NCBI GenBank assembly: GCA_036172245.1
Contig: JAYWIR010000062.1
Coordinates: forward strand, 558,001 to 622,000
DNA from: Raillietiella orientalis
Lineage: Eukaryota
Direction of reading: 5' to 3'
DNA length: 64,000 nt
The notes under the pieces are model-generated. The model was given only the letters and a program-made list of their open reading frames with translations, made no database searches and was not told the origin of the DNA. Below, piece after piece: positions 52,343-64,000 of this stretch. Numbering within the stretch: position 1 is the stretch's first letter; each line of letters begins with the position of its first letter. The translations under genes and the position numbers were made by a program.

Positions 52343-55300
52343 GAACGGAGCTTTTTTTCCGGAACAGGGAGCACAGGGCAAGATGGACGCATGGCGGCTG
52401 AACGAGGAAGGCCAACCCCCTCCTTTTCCTACTCTCCGAAGTCAAGCTGACCTTGAAGAACCGAGGTTCTGCGTTTCGCTTGAGTCAACGGAAGGAGGAG
52501 GAAAGGAGAACGAGGAGAGAAGGAGAAAGAAGAGCAAGGGAGGAAACGGGGAAAGGGAGAGGAGGGGAATAACTTTCGTTCCTTTATTCCCAACCACCCA
52601 CCCCCACCTTTCTTTCGAGGATCCACCTGGTTCAGCTTGTGGACCGTTCCCAGGCTACCGCGGCGGCTGCGCTGTGCCGCGACGCCTGGCATTCCGCCGG
52701 GAGGAATGATAAATCATCAGCAGCTGCAAAACGCTGACGCCGACCTTTGCTGCCACGTCCTCCCGAAAAGAAGTCCAGACCGCAAGCTGGGAGCGGGGAT
52801 GAGAGAGAGAGAGAGAGAAGTTGGCGCGCCCGCACACGATCAGGAAGGAAACGGCACTCGGAGTCTGGGTTGCCGCTACAACCGATGCTTCCCTCCACTG
52901 TCGGGAGTGTGGGGAGAAATTCTCCGGGAGTTCTCGGAAGGAGGGGAGCTTCGTCGCCGACCATCGTCGTCATCATCGCCATCGGATACCCATTCCCGTC
53001 GTCGTCTGGGGCTCGCTCCGCGGGCATGCCTACCCCCTGAGGGGAAGAGAGCGGGAACGACCTCCCTCGCCGCGGAGAAGCGGCTCTCTCGGACGCGTCT
53101 GCCGCTCCCTGCCGGCTCCCGGAATCTACCTCTCTCCTCATGTGGCGCCTCCCGGGCATGCCTCCGAGGGATCGCGTGCAGCCTCCGTGGGAGCGATGGA
53201 TCCTCAGACATTCGCCCAGCGGTCGCAGAGAGCTGGAAAGAAAAAGAGAGAAGAATCTCAGTTTTGCTCGGGCAGAGGGGACGGGGTCGAAATTGGCGTC
53301 CAATGCCCTGCAGCGGGACCCCGGATGCGGTCCCAGCCGGGTTTCGAAAATTCCAGCATTCCTTTCCTCCCTGCCCCCCATCGTCCCCACTGTCTCGCTT
53401 TCATCCTCACTGAGTTTCGCCGGTCGCGCGCCATCAGTTGTCTTTTCTTTCCCTTCCTTTTTTCAGATCATGTGACCTGGAAATCTCTTCGGGCAGCGTC
53501 ACAGTGCTCGCGAGGTGAGCACCAGTAGCCTTCCTACCCGACTTGCACCCTCCGCTCGTGGTCCAGGGTGCATATGCACCACCCTTATTCACTCTCCATC
53601 GGCCTCGACCCCGAAAGACCCGAACCTATCAAGTGACCCAGGAAATGCCGTGGCTGAGATCGGCAAGAGGCCCCCATTCGCCCTGGAACCGCCGAATGCC
53701 TTCTTCTTGACTTCTTTCGGCTGCCCCAAGAACTCAGATCCGTCGTGAGGGCCCAGTGCAGCCGTCCACTCACCGACCTGCAAGGGGCAGCCCTCCCATT
53801 CTGTCACGGCCGCTTCCGCCTGTCTCCATGGCGATCGCTTTTGCCTCGAAGGAAACGATCACAAAGCTGGATGTCGTGAGCCGCATCGCAAAGCCGGGCC
53901 CGCGGCCCCTCATCACCATTAGCGGGCCAGTTGCGGTCTTTCCTGGAATTCCCTATTCTGGTTGTAGGTTCCGTCTACAGCCAGAGTGACTAAACAAAGA
54001 CTTCTCGAATTTCTGTCTCTTGCTTTTGTAATTCATGAAGAGGAATCGCTTCTCTGTTCAGGTGTAACTGATGCATTTTAACAAGAAGGATTATCTCATT
54101 TGACACGAAGGTGCAGCTCACTTGACGAGCGCAGCCTCCCGATGCTTAATCTCCTCTCTTGTCTTTCTCGTCGGACGCCCTGGTTGCAGGTTCGCTCTGC
54201 ATCCTCTCCCCAAAGGAACACTGGTACAAGTCGTTCTAACAGGAACCACCAGCTCAGAAATTTCCATTCTCCAGAACCACCCCTGTATCTTCGTGTCAAA
54301 CGAGCTGTACTTTCATGTCAAATGAGATGAATCTTCTTGTCAATTGAACTATACTTCTTCCGAAGTTCTTCTAACGACAAATTCTACAAGATTATGTCAC
54401 TTCGCGGTTGCTGTTGGTTGCTGGTTATCATACAGACTCGCTTCTTTCCCAACCGGTGCTGTGCTTCAGATGATAATGAAAGAACGGAGATGTCACATCG
54501 ATCTCTTGGGAACGAAAACGCCATTGGTCCGACCCTAATTCCGAGTGGTCTACTACGGGATGCATTTGCTCACAGCACATCATCATCCAGGAAAGCGCAC
54601 GCACTGTCATCACAAAAGCAAGATGATACGGCAGGTGCCGAAGGATTGAAAGAAACAGCAGAGGGAACTTCACGATTACGTCAGGTGAATCTGAGAAGGA
54701 ACAGGCATCGAAAATTCTGGAACTCGAGGAAGAATTGGCAATCGCTACAAGGAAAGGGGTCGCATCGATCCGGAGGATGCTCGTAGGAACCCGCGTGGAA
54801 AGCACTTTCGATTTCACTCGTGCGCAAAAGTCACGGATGGCGCCGCTTCCATCTTGCAGTGCACAGTCGGATCACGAAGAGCGATCGCCGGGCTGCTTGC
54901 TGCTTGTTCCAAGAGCGGTCAGTTGTGACCGCGAGGAGCGGAACCCAGAAGCATTCCTCATTTCCGAGGGCGCCGATCGAAGGATGGCACCGCTCCCGTG
55001 GACGGACGGATTCCTTCCGGGTTCCCGCAGGGGGGTTGTCTTTTTTCGCCCCCGGAGACAAGGTCATCCCTGAACCAATTCATAAACTCAATAAACTCTC
55101 ACCGTGACAAGAAGAAGGACGAACCGCCTCATGCTGGCCGGAATCGCATCTGAACCGCTTTGGAAAGATGGCACCAATCAGATCGAGTGCTAGCGGAAGA
55201 AAGAGGAACCGGCACCGGGATTTTTGATGCTGAATCTGGAGCGAGCACAGGAAAGCAGCCCGAGATGCCAATTCAGCAGTTGCGAATTGCAGCAGCTGGC

Positions 55301-55505
55301 TTTCCCACGCGGGGACTCCGCAGGTCCCCGAATTCTTGCAAGCGCTGCCGTTTGCGCCTGACTCAAGCGAAACGCAGAACCTCGGTTCTTCAAGGTCAGC
55401 TTGACTTCGGAGAGTAGGGGAAGAAGGAGGGGGTTGGCCTCCCCCGTTCAGCTGCCATGCGTCCATCTTGGCCTGTGCTCCCTGTTTCGGCAAAAAAGCT
55501 CCGTT
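52343..55505. repeat. ~145-bp inverted repeat pair (52343-52487 and 55359-55505)
   Basis: AACGGAGCTTTTTT...ACAGGGAGCACAGG.CAAGATGGACGCATGGC.GCTGAACG...CTACTCTCCGAAGTCAAGCTGACCTTGAAGAACCGAGGTTCTGCGTTTCGCTTGAGTCA is present on the + strand at 52.3 kb and as the reverse complement at 55.4 kb. The last ~55 nt are identical. Confidence 0.9.
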
Positions 55506-56477
55506 TCTTCGCCTCGAACCGGGCGCCTTCCCTCCATTCGCCCTGCAGGACTCAGGGAATCCCCTCCCTCCTCTCCGACGCTCCTTCCCCGGGACCACGA
55601 GAGGCGAGAAGAGGGAGCACACTGGGGGACCATTGCGATCTAGGATCGCAGCAGCAGCCTGTCCAAGAACCAGCAAGCACCGCTGGGTGCTCGCGACCGG
55701 AGATGATACGCCGATTCCTCTGCGCGCAGGAGCGGGGAGCCGCCCGACGCTTTCGTGGCGCAGGTGGGTTCTGCAAAGCAAACTGCCTCCAGCTCTGCTG
55801 ATCTGCAGTCGCGAGCGAGCGATGCAGCAGACCGAAGATGCAGACTCATCCTTCTCGCATCACCACCTTCTGGAAGGGCGCCATCTCCGAGCGAAAATTC
55901 GTTTCCTCCGTAGCGGAAGTGTTTGTTCGGAAAGGGGGAATCTCGTGCCGCCGGCGCTGTGCTTCCCATCTTCCGGTTGTGCAGCTGGCTGTCATTCCCA
56001 GCATCCGCACTCCACTGGATCATGAAATCATCAAAGGTCGGGACGCGCTTCCCGCGACACGATGGTGAGGGAGGTGAAAAAAGATGTCACGTCGATCTCT
56101 TGGGGAAGAGAGAGCGCCGCCGCACGGAGGAAGCGTCAAATCTTCTCCAGAAGTCTCCAGCTCGGTGGACTACCGAAGTGAAAGTGGTCCGACACATGCA
56201 CTCTCATTTTGCCATTCTCTTTCGCCAGTTGCAAAGCGTCTCCCCCAAGGAGCCATTCCCCAGTGCACCCTCATAGTTGTGCGCTCGCTTGATTCCTCTG
56301 AAGCAACCTATTTTGCCGTTTCATCCATGGTCCACTGAGAGGATGAGCTCCTGCCGATTGACCGATTGACTAGTCTTTCCTTGTGGGTCTGCCTTCACGC
56401 CAGACTTCCACCTTCGCCCTTCTGGAAGGAAGCACCCCCCACCTCCCCACCCCGCATGATCCATGACCGTGAACACG

Positions 56478-57235
56478 CCTTGGAAACGCAACTGCTGGAT
56501 TGCACGCGGTCGTGCCGATAGATGGCTGCCAATTCCCCACGCGCGTGGTGCCAGGCGTCGCCGGTTTGAATCCCGCCCGGGGAAGGAGAAAAGATGCCAC
56601 GAACGCGGGGGTGCGTCTTAGGTTTCGAGTTCTCCCCTCAGGATGGAACCGGATGCTTCCGCTGACAGGCCGTGATTGAAAGTCGACCCTCCGGGGTCCC
56701 TCCAGGAATGAAGGTTCCCTTGGGCGTTTCCCACCGGTTGTGAAAAGGGAACTGGTTGATACCTCCCCCTCGGAAGGTTGCCTCTCCAGGGTGTCAGGAA
56801 GAGCTCTGCTTTCTGCGGGGACAGCCCTCCAGAGAAATTCGGAAGCGTCTCTTCGGGGTTCTCTTCAGAGGAGGAGGAAACAGGAAGTGGATCCTTATCG
56901 GGTTCCCTCCATAGAAGAAGCGAAGAGTGCTCCTTTCCCTCCGTGGGGTCCCTCTGGAGAAAGTAAGGAAGAAAAGGTTCTCTCCGGGATTCCCTGCCAA
57001 GCGTAAGAGGGACGGACTCCTCACCCCAGGACTTTCCTGGATTTGCAGGGTAGTCCCCTCCCGGGGTCACCCCTAACTTGAAGAGTTAGTGCGCACCCTC
57101 GGGTGGTGCGGACATTGATGAAGAAGAGCTCTGAGAGCTTCCCCTCCTCCTTTAAAGAGGCGAACGGTTCTTCAGCACTCCTTGAGAACCAAAAAAATCT
57201 GGAGGGAAAGCAGAGAGAACAGAAGGGTCCCAAAG
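56478..57235 (+). repeat. Near-full-length copy of SINE-like family
   Basis: Has a tRNA-like head (GCGGTCGTGCC...GCGTCGCCGGTTTGAATCCCG), a second GGTTTCGAGTTCTC motif, a body with C/G-run subrepeats, and the tail GGTTCTTCAGCACTCCTTGAGAACCAAAAAAA. Confidence 0.8.
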
Positions 57236-57299
57236 AACTTCCATCATCCTGTTGGGTTCTTCGAGAAGTGACAGACGCGGCGACCCTGAATATCTCACC

Positions 57300-57910
57300 C
57301 ACGGACTTGTACGCTGGGGAGCGCTGCTCAGCATCCTTCCGGAGGAGGTGAAGTGGCCCAAAGCATGCTGGAACAGTGGCGTCCTCCCCCTCAAGTGGCA
57401 GGAGTCTGAGTTGCCGGTGTTGCATGGGGGAATCCTATGCAAAGCGCGCCTTCACCACTGGACCCGGAGGAGCATGGATGCTCAGTGCAGCAGGTGCAGG
57501 AAGAAGGAGACGCACCTGCTTTTGGACTATGCTGCCCTCCGATCCCTTTGGGATCGCATCTCGACGATAATAGGTGTCCCGGTAGGCAGCCCTAGGGGAA
57601 TTCTCAGACGCCCCTCCACGTGCGGTGCCACTCTGCCGCCAGCCGCGTCCCTGCGACGAGGGATGCGTCGAGAGACGAGATCTCATCTGCAGCAGCGAGC
57701 GGAGGAGAATGCTACCTGCAGAGAACGCGACCTCGTGGTCCCCGTGATCCAGCAGCAGCGACCACTGCCATGCACTCACACGCCTAGGGCGAAAAGGGAA
57801 GATCTCACTCGCCGACCCACGCGCTGTGAGTTCGACCAACTCCTCCGCTGCCGCCAACTCGTGGCTGACCTTGGAGGACTCAGGAGAGTCATCGCCTCGT
57901 TCCGCAGTAG
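57300..57910 (+). mobile_element. LINE ORF2 C-terminal (zf-RVT-like) remnant
   Basis: VKWPKACWNSGVLPLKWQESELPVLHGGILCKARLHHW...QCSRCRKKETHLLLDYAALRSLWDRI. The LKWQES block is shared with the copy at 61.0 kb. Confidence 0.7.
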
Positions 57911-58589
57911 CGGCCGCTCAGGAGGGATTTAGGCTTGGAGCCACTTCACCTTCTCCAGAGAGATGTCGAGAGAGATGCACAGTATAGAAGTCCTTGGGGT
58001 GGGATACTTGGGGTCGCTGCCGAGTTGTCCACGGCTCCAATGGTTTCTTCTTTGCTGCTATGCAGCAAGTCACTTCCCACCTTGCCGTGATTGCTCTGTC
58101 CCATGCGTCCCTTAGGGAGGGCAGAACTGAGATAAGGGAGGTAAGGAGTCCAACGTATCTTCTGCGGACGATCTCCTCCAGCGGCTTACAAGTATTGATG
58201 CCTCGCTGCAAGCAGGCAGCCTCGAGGCACTCCATCTCGTTCGTGTCGTAGATCTTTCCCTAGGCGAAGACCGATTCCTGGAGCGAGGCAGTGCAGTTCG
58301 AGGGGAGGCAGGAGATCCAGTTCTGCTCCACCAGGGCAACCTCATTTGACGGAGTTGGTATATCCGCAACGCCGCCTCAGCAATCTCTAGCGAGCGACGA
58401 GGAGGGACGCGAGTCCCTAGCAGCCGGTTGCTTTGCGAGAAGCCGTGCTGGTATGCACCAGGGTGTGGTCCATAGTTACGCCGCGAGGGCGAATCTTTTA
58501 AATTGGAGAGGACGCTCCATCCTCTCCAGCATAAGGAGGTCCAGTCCGCCATCCTCACGCGGAGGTGTGCGGTGGAATCCTTTGGGGTT

Positions 58590-59350
58590 CTTTTCTGTCT
58601 TCGTTGTTTTCCTTTCGTCTTTTTTTTGGCTCCCTGAGTACCTCAAGAGCCGCAGCGCCCCTGGCGGCGGCGCACGCAGCTCTGTGACATCGTCTCACAC
58701 CTGGGGAGGGATCCCCGAAGGGGAACACCTCCGTCCTGGTTGTCTCCGAAGGGAACCCCGAAGGGAATCTCCTTCCTTATTCTCTCCGAAGGGACACCCG
58801 GAGGGAAGGGGTGCTCAATTTTTCTTCTCCGAAGGGAACCCGAAAAGGATTCGCTGCTAGGAAGAAATTCTTAGCAGCGGATCCTTTCATCTCCGGAGGA
58901 AACCTGCGAGGGAACCACTCCTGTTTCCGCCTCCGAAGAGAACTCCAGAGGGACACTTTCGAAATTTCTGAGAAGGGCGCTCCCCGAAGGGAGCGGCTCG
59001 CTTTGTACTCTGGAGAGGTGTCACCAATCCACTAGCACCATGATACGAGACGGAGGGTTCCCCTCGAAGGAAGGGGTCCGCTCCTTTGCACAACCGGAGA
59101 GGAACTGCCACTCCTTGATTCTGCTTCCTGGAAGGACCCCGGAGGGTCGACTCCCAATCCCGGCCACTCATCGGGGGCATCCGGTTTGAACGGCTACTGG
59201 TGCCGCACCCGAAGCTAACCGAGGCCAACCAGTGTCATCTCGCGGGAGAAACTCGAACCCGCGAAGCACCCATTCCTCTGTCGTCGATGCTTTCCTGGGA
59301 GGGATTCCAACCCACGACGCTTGGTGGTGCCACGAGCGGAGACCTCAGCA
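58590..59350 (-). repeat. Near-full-length copy of SINE-like family
   Basis: The minus-strand head GCGTCGTGGGTTGGAATCCC...CGCGGGTTCGAGTTTCTC is followed by a body with repeated CTCCGAAGGGAACCC(C)GAA units on the + strand. Confidence 0.8.
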
Positions 59351-59541
59351 GCCGAGTGGCCTCCGACGTGGGTTTAAGTAGCAGGGCAGTTGCCCGCCTC
59401 CTAAAATATAAATGCGTATTTTCATTCCAAGCTATATGGATTGGAGAAGAAGGTTCCCACGCTTCTTTGTTTTCTTTTTCTTTTTTTTATCGATCAGGTG
59501 CCATTATTCAACAGTTTCACGGAGCTTTGATTTTAAAATTT

Positions 59542-60650
59542 TCACAGAATAGGTCCCTGTCTTACTCTCTGGTTCTTCTGGACGCGATCAGCAGCAGGGT
59601 GACGTCGACGACAGCCGGCCCTGGGCACGGACAGGCTGCCTGCTGCCGAGGAACCCGAATCTTTCAAGGAGAGCATCTTCGCGTTTTCCTTGTTCTGACT
59701 ACTTAAGAGGAAAATGAATCCCTCGTACGACAGAATAACCTTGAACACCACCATCACGATTGGTTCCTTGCTATGTCGAGGATCCACACGCCACTCAATT
59801 GCTGAACTTCCTTCGGCCTCGATTGGTTCCTCGATTGGTTGCTGGACCTCGAAGACGACTTGCTGGCGGCTGAACGTTCTGTGCTTATTGTGGTATACAT
59901 AGACGCGCCCACGCGGTTGGCGACGCTCTCCCTGGCCTGCTGCGAGGTAACGGTTCCATCTTGAATTCGAGGAAGATGGCATTCCTGCTGCCATACGGAT
60001 GTCTCTGTTCTCGATGAGGGCAGAAACGATGGGATCCAGAAAGAAGGCCGGAGTGAAAGTGTTTTCGTGTTCCGACGCTGCTGCGGTTATGACGAACGTC
60101 CTTCCCCAGAATTCCACTGCGGAGACTTCAGTCTCTCCGAGTATCGAGAAGATCTGCGTCTCGACGAAGCCTCCTTCTGAGTGGTCGACGGGGGGCAGAA
60201 TGCGAACGAGTCGACGTCGCTGATGACTGTTCTGGAGCGGTAGCTCTTCAGGGATATCATGAAGATGATGCTTCCCTTCTCAGCCATCTGGAGGTCCATG
60301 GTTCTTTCCTCTGATTCCATGCTCTGTGTGAGTTCGTACGTTCCTGCCTGCCGATCCAGTGGGAACGTCATGATCTCCTCTTCCGACCCACGTTCCGGAA
60401 GTCCAACAACCGCGAGCAGCTGCAACCTCAGGGTGAAGATCACCGCGCCAATTTCCTCGGGGAAGTTGGGAGAGATGGGAGGTTCCGTCATGGGAGGGGA
60501 TAGATCCCGTCTTCCCGGGTTCACCTGAGTGATTACATGTAGTGCCATCCGGATGAGTCCGCCAGGTGAAGGTAGATGCAGCTGCACTCCATCCTGTGGT
60601 AGTCCAGCAGGCAAGCCACCGCCACCACCTCCACCGGTGCATCGAGAGAG
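59542..60650 (-). pseudogene. Disrupted ORF with EAR/EPTP-like (TSPEAR/Closca-type) beta-propeller repeats
   Basis: Successive frames give VEVVAVAC...CIYLHLADSSGWHYM*SL, then LQLLAVVG...IMTFPLDRQAGTYELTQSMES...IIFMISL, then EGGFVETQIFSILGETEVSAVEFWGRTFVITA...GRVYVYHNKHRTFSRQQVV. These resemble the EAR pattern (LAVAN...SVIY.W....F...Q.I...GA..V..F). There is a frameshift at a G6 run (~60190-60195) and an in-frame TAA near 60535. Confidence 0.4.
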
Positions 60651-60689
60651 AACGGTAGTGCCTGGCTGCAGGAAGCCGCGCGCACGTGG

Positions 60690-61570
60690 GCGAAGATCAA
60701 CGAGCGGAGCCCGGAGTTGCGGTAGCGACCTCTGTACTCCTTCTGAAACAGCTGCTCGCTATGGGAGACCATCGTGCATTCCACCAAGTGTGCGTGGACA
60801 GGACGAACTTCCCTTCCGTGGCGCTGTCTTCCCTGAAAGAGCATCTCGTCCTCAGCAACCTATCCGCGAAATGGGAAGTCTCCTGAGATATTTCATCCAG
60901 AAGCAGCACGCTTACTGGTTGGACCACGGACCCGCTAACCGACGCTGAGATCCCAAGTCTCCAGCCGGAAGGACTTGTGCGTTGGTGCGAGCTGCCGAGC
61001 ATTCCCCGTTTGGATCTCGAATGGCCCCCGGCGCTCCTGAACAACAGCACCCTCCATCTCAAGTGGCAGGAGTCGGCTCTTCTGTTGTTGCACCGGGCCT
61101 CCCACGCAACTTGCACCGATACCACCGGACCCGGGTGTGTGTGGATCCGAATTGCAGCAGATGAAGGAAACGGGAAACCCGCCTGCACATGCTTGTGGAC
61201 TGTGTTGCCCTGCGACCGCTTCTCAGCGACGTCCCTTCGGACCCCATGCGGCAACCCCAGGGACGCACAGAGACCTCTCTTCGTGTGCGACACATTGCCG
61301 CCGGCCGCATCCCGAGCAGCTCTGTGCCGCCTACGCGGGATTGTGACGGCGGGGAGCGACACCAGTGGAGGAGGAAGCTGCAGAGACGCCATCCATTTAG
61401 CCCTGTATTTCTCACGGAGGGCAGCGAGATGGCCCCACCTGGGTAATACAAGAGAGGAACTTGCCAGCATCCTGGAGAGGATGCAGACGACGGCCTCCAG
61501 CAAGCAATGATCTCTTCTCGTGCCTCCCTCCCCGTTCCAGAGTTTATTCATATTTGCATATATATGCTGT
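60690..61570 (+). mobile_element. LINE ORF2 C-terminal remnant with 3' UTR
   Basis: ORF 60977-61510 (LEWPPALLNNSTLHLKWQESALLLLHRA...RWPHLGNTREELASILERM) is homologous to the remnants at 15.0 and 57.3 kb. Confidence 0.7.
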
Positions 61571-62399
61571 CGAGGCCATCCTCCCCGGTCCGCGCACTGG
61601 ACGCCCGGCAAGCCGTGGAAAGGACAGAACTTGACGTAGCCAATGGCTCTACCATGTGGTAATATTTATCGAATTCAATGAACACCCACGGCGATTCCGG
61701 GTGAAAATCGATCACAAACCCCTCCCTGTCCTCCCTCGAAGTGCCCTAAGGAGGACAGTTCACTTTCCAGCAGTCACTTTGGTGGGAAGAAGCATGGGAT
61801 GCTCAAACACCATGTAGACAGGTGAGGAAGATCCCTGAAACGAATAGAAAGAGGATTTTATTATCATGTTTTTTTTGGGTGGAGGTGGGAATGCCTATAA
61901 GAGGTTTTTCCTGTTCTGTGGAGACGAGTTTCAGATGTCTCTCTGGATACACCCTCTTCAGTGGTGTTTGAAAAAAGCTCCTTCCACGAAAGACGTCTGT
62001 TCGCTTGTTGGTTCGTCCCGAGGCACAGGAGTCAAAGGATGACGTGTAATGACGGCAGCATTGTCAGTGATGCTTATCTGACGTTCGATCTTGTCATCTC
62101 TGTGAACTGGTTTACGTCCTGGTGACGCCGTGGTGCTTCATCTTTGTCTTTTGCTGGTGTAAAATGAGAAGTCGGAATTTCGGCCTTGGTCTCTGAGTTT
62201 GGACACGAACTCGTCTCGTACAGACTAGGATGGCCCCATTCTTTTGAGGGACGCTGCTGCAGGAAGGTGGACGCAGGAAAAAAGAAAGAAAGAAAGAAAG
62301 AAGGAAACCGAAGTGCCAACACGTCAGCCGCATCCACGCGTGGTGTGGAAGTCCGTAGATTCGGACACTCGTTAAGAAGCTGATGGAACCGACTCAGCC

Positions 62400-62915
62400 C
62401 TCATCGGCGGCTGCGTGTCCGCGCGTGGCACTAGGCGTCACGGGTTCGAACCCCCCCCAGGGAAGAGTCGGCGCCGAGAAATCGGAGGAACGTCGTGGGT
62501 TTCGAGTTCTCTCGGCAGGATGACTCTAGATGGTCTATAGGCTCTGGATGCGGAATCGGATGCTTCCGTTGAATGACCGGGGATGGAATTGGACTCTTTG
62601 GGGTCCCTCCGGTACATCAAGGAGCCCTTCAGGGTTCCCCTCCGGTTGTGAAGATGAAGCCATCTCCTTCTCAAGGGGGTGGGGTGGAGGGGAGGAGGAC
62701 CCTCTGTCTCGTACCCTGGAGCTGGTGGATGGATGCCTCTCCAGAGTCTCAGAAGTGCGTTGCTCCCTTTGGAGAGCGCCCCTCAGAGAAATATGAAGGG
62801 GGTCCCTTCGGAGTTATCTCCAGAGGAGAAACAGGGAGCGAATCCTCTCCGGACTCCCCCCCATGGAGAAATGAGGAGCAATTCCCTCCGGGGACCCCTC
62901 CGGAGAGGATGAGGA
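62400..62915 (+). repeat. 5' two-thirds copy of SINE-like family with the clearest B box
   Basis: CGCGCGTGGCACTAGGCGTCACGGGTTCGAACCCCCC, then ACGTCGTGGGTTTCGAGTTCTC, then the family body. Confidence 0.75.
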
Positions 62916-63177
62916 AGAAGAAGGAATATGCACGGAATATGCGCCGTTGTATGAAGCGTTTTGTAGTCGAAAATACGCGTGGTGAGCTACGAAGCGTTTC
63001 GTGTTTCTGGCGTTTGGGTTTGCGGTGAGAATGATGGTAATTGCAAGTGGGAGGGGGATGGTAAGCGTAATTCTGGGATGGGATGGATCTGCAATCATCA
63101 CTTACTGTTTAGTGTTTTTTTCTAAGTAGGTCATAGTTCTCACTATAACGGTGTAATTTGCGTTTTTCAGTACTTGT

Positions 63178-63292
63178 GTTGGTGGTGGATCCTTTGACGG
63201 GTGTGAATGGGTTGGCTGGTGGTGGATCCTTTGACGGGTGTGGGTAGTTTGGTGGTGGTGGAATTCTTTGACGGGTGTGGATGCGTGGTGGT
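63178..63292. repeat. Minisatellite, three ~37-nt units
   Basis: GGTGGTGGA(TCC/ATTC)TTTGACGGGTGTG occurs three times with short variable spacers. Confidence 0.85.
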
Positions 63293-64000
63293 AAAAAAGT
63301 CATTCGAATTAGGTGTTTATGAGTGTAGGTAATTGGAAGTTTCACGAAGTTGTATTGATATGGGTGATCAAGAGCACAGCTGCCATTTAGTGCTTGGCAG
63401 CCAGAAGCTATGGAAACACCTATTGGCTTTCGGAACAACTTTCGTTCATTTGTCTACTCTGGTTACTAAGAGGATCTATTCGATAGTTCTGTTTGATGAG
63501 GTTGAGATTGGTTGTATTGGTGCATTCGACTTGCAGTAACAAACGCGCACCCAGGATTTCTAGGGAGGGCGAGGCTCGATGTAAAAAAGGCCATTGTATA
63601 TTCTACATTGAGGCAATTGGGCATTACTTTAACGTTTATTGCTACATGTTGCATTCAGATCATCGGTGTTTCTGCATGCAGTATCGGTGATCCATGGATG
63701 CAATGGAAGCCAAATTATGCATGGTATAGGAAAGAGTTTTCGAAAGTCATTTAATGTTAGTGAGATGGAGTTGGTGAAGTTTGCTCTTTAAAAAGGTTGT
63801 TGTAGGAGAGAGTACTTAGCGGAATAGGCATCGTATTCAGTTTGGGGTGGTTTTGTTGACCTAATGGCGATGGTTGGAATGGTATTTAGAGTTCGGATGG
63901 TATTTTTGGACATCATATGCTGGAATGATTAGTAATAGGAGGTAGGAAAAGGGTGGATAGGATGGGAAGATGGGAATGGAGACTATGTTCCGTTAGTGAT

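Noticed and set aside
54045..54070. ATCGCTTCTC resembling the U2 snRNA 5' end
   Set aside because: Only 10 nt match and the downstream sequence does not follow U2.
62420..62462. Possible tRNA gene (GGTTCGAACCC)
   Set aside because: There is no full cloverleaf or terminator, and the motif recurs degenerate at the head of the dispersed repeat family.
63178..63292. Repeat-spacer-like pattern resembling CRISPR
   Set aside because: There are only three units with ~12-nt similar spacers, no cas genes, and the context is eukaryotic. It is a minisatellite.

Overview
This is eukaryotic, probably arthropod, genomic DNA with GT-AG introns (several only 43-57 nt) and many decayed transposons. Five spliced genes could be reconstructed by hand with phase-consistent junctions: a calmodulin-like EF-hand protein resembling E63-1 (+, 5' end unresolved), mitochondrial ferredoxin Fdx2 (+), SAGA subunit Sgf29 (+), a secreted alpha-carbonic-anhydrase-like protein lacking all three zinc-binding histidines (-), and a large zona pellucida (ZP) domain protein (-) with an unusually long Tyr/His/Pro-rich insert before its furin site and no visible transmembrane anchor. 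There is also an apparently single-exon 498-aa orphan coiled-coil ORF convergent with Sgf29, and a disrupted EAR/EPTP-repeat-like ORF near 60 kb. Repeats include a ~0.7-0.8 kb SINE-like family with a doubled tRNA-like head (at least 8 copies), many L1/Tx1-like LINE remnants, a NeSL/Utopia-like RT fragment, an AT-rich foldback element and a ~145-bp inverted pair. Composition is mosaic: an AT-rich, CpG-poor block holding the housekeeping genes (~8.4-21.5 kb) lies between GC/CpG-rich blocks. All family assignments come from motif recognition by eye; no database searches were run.
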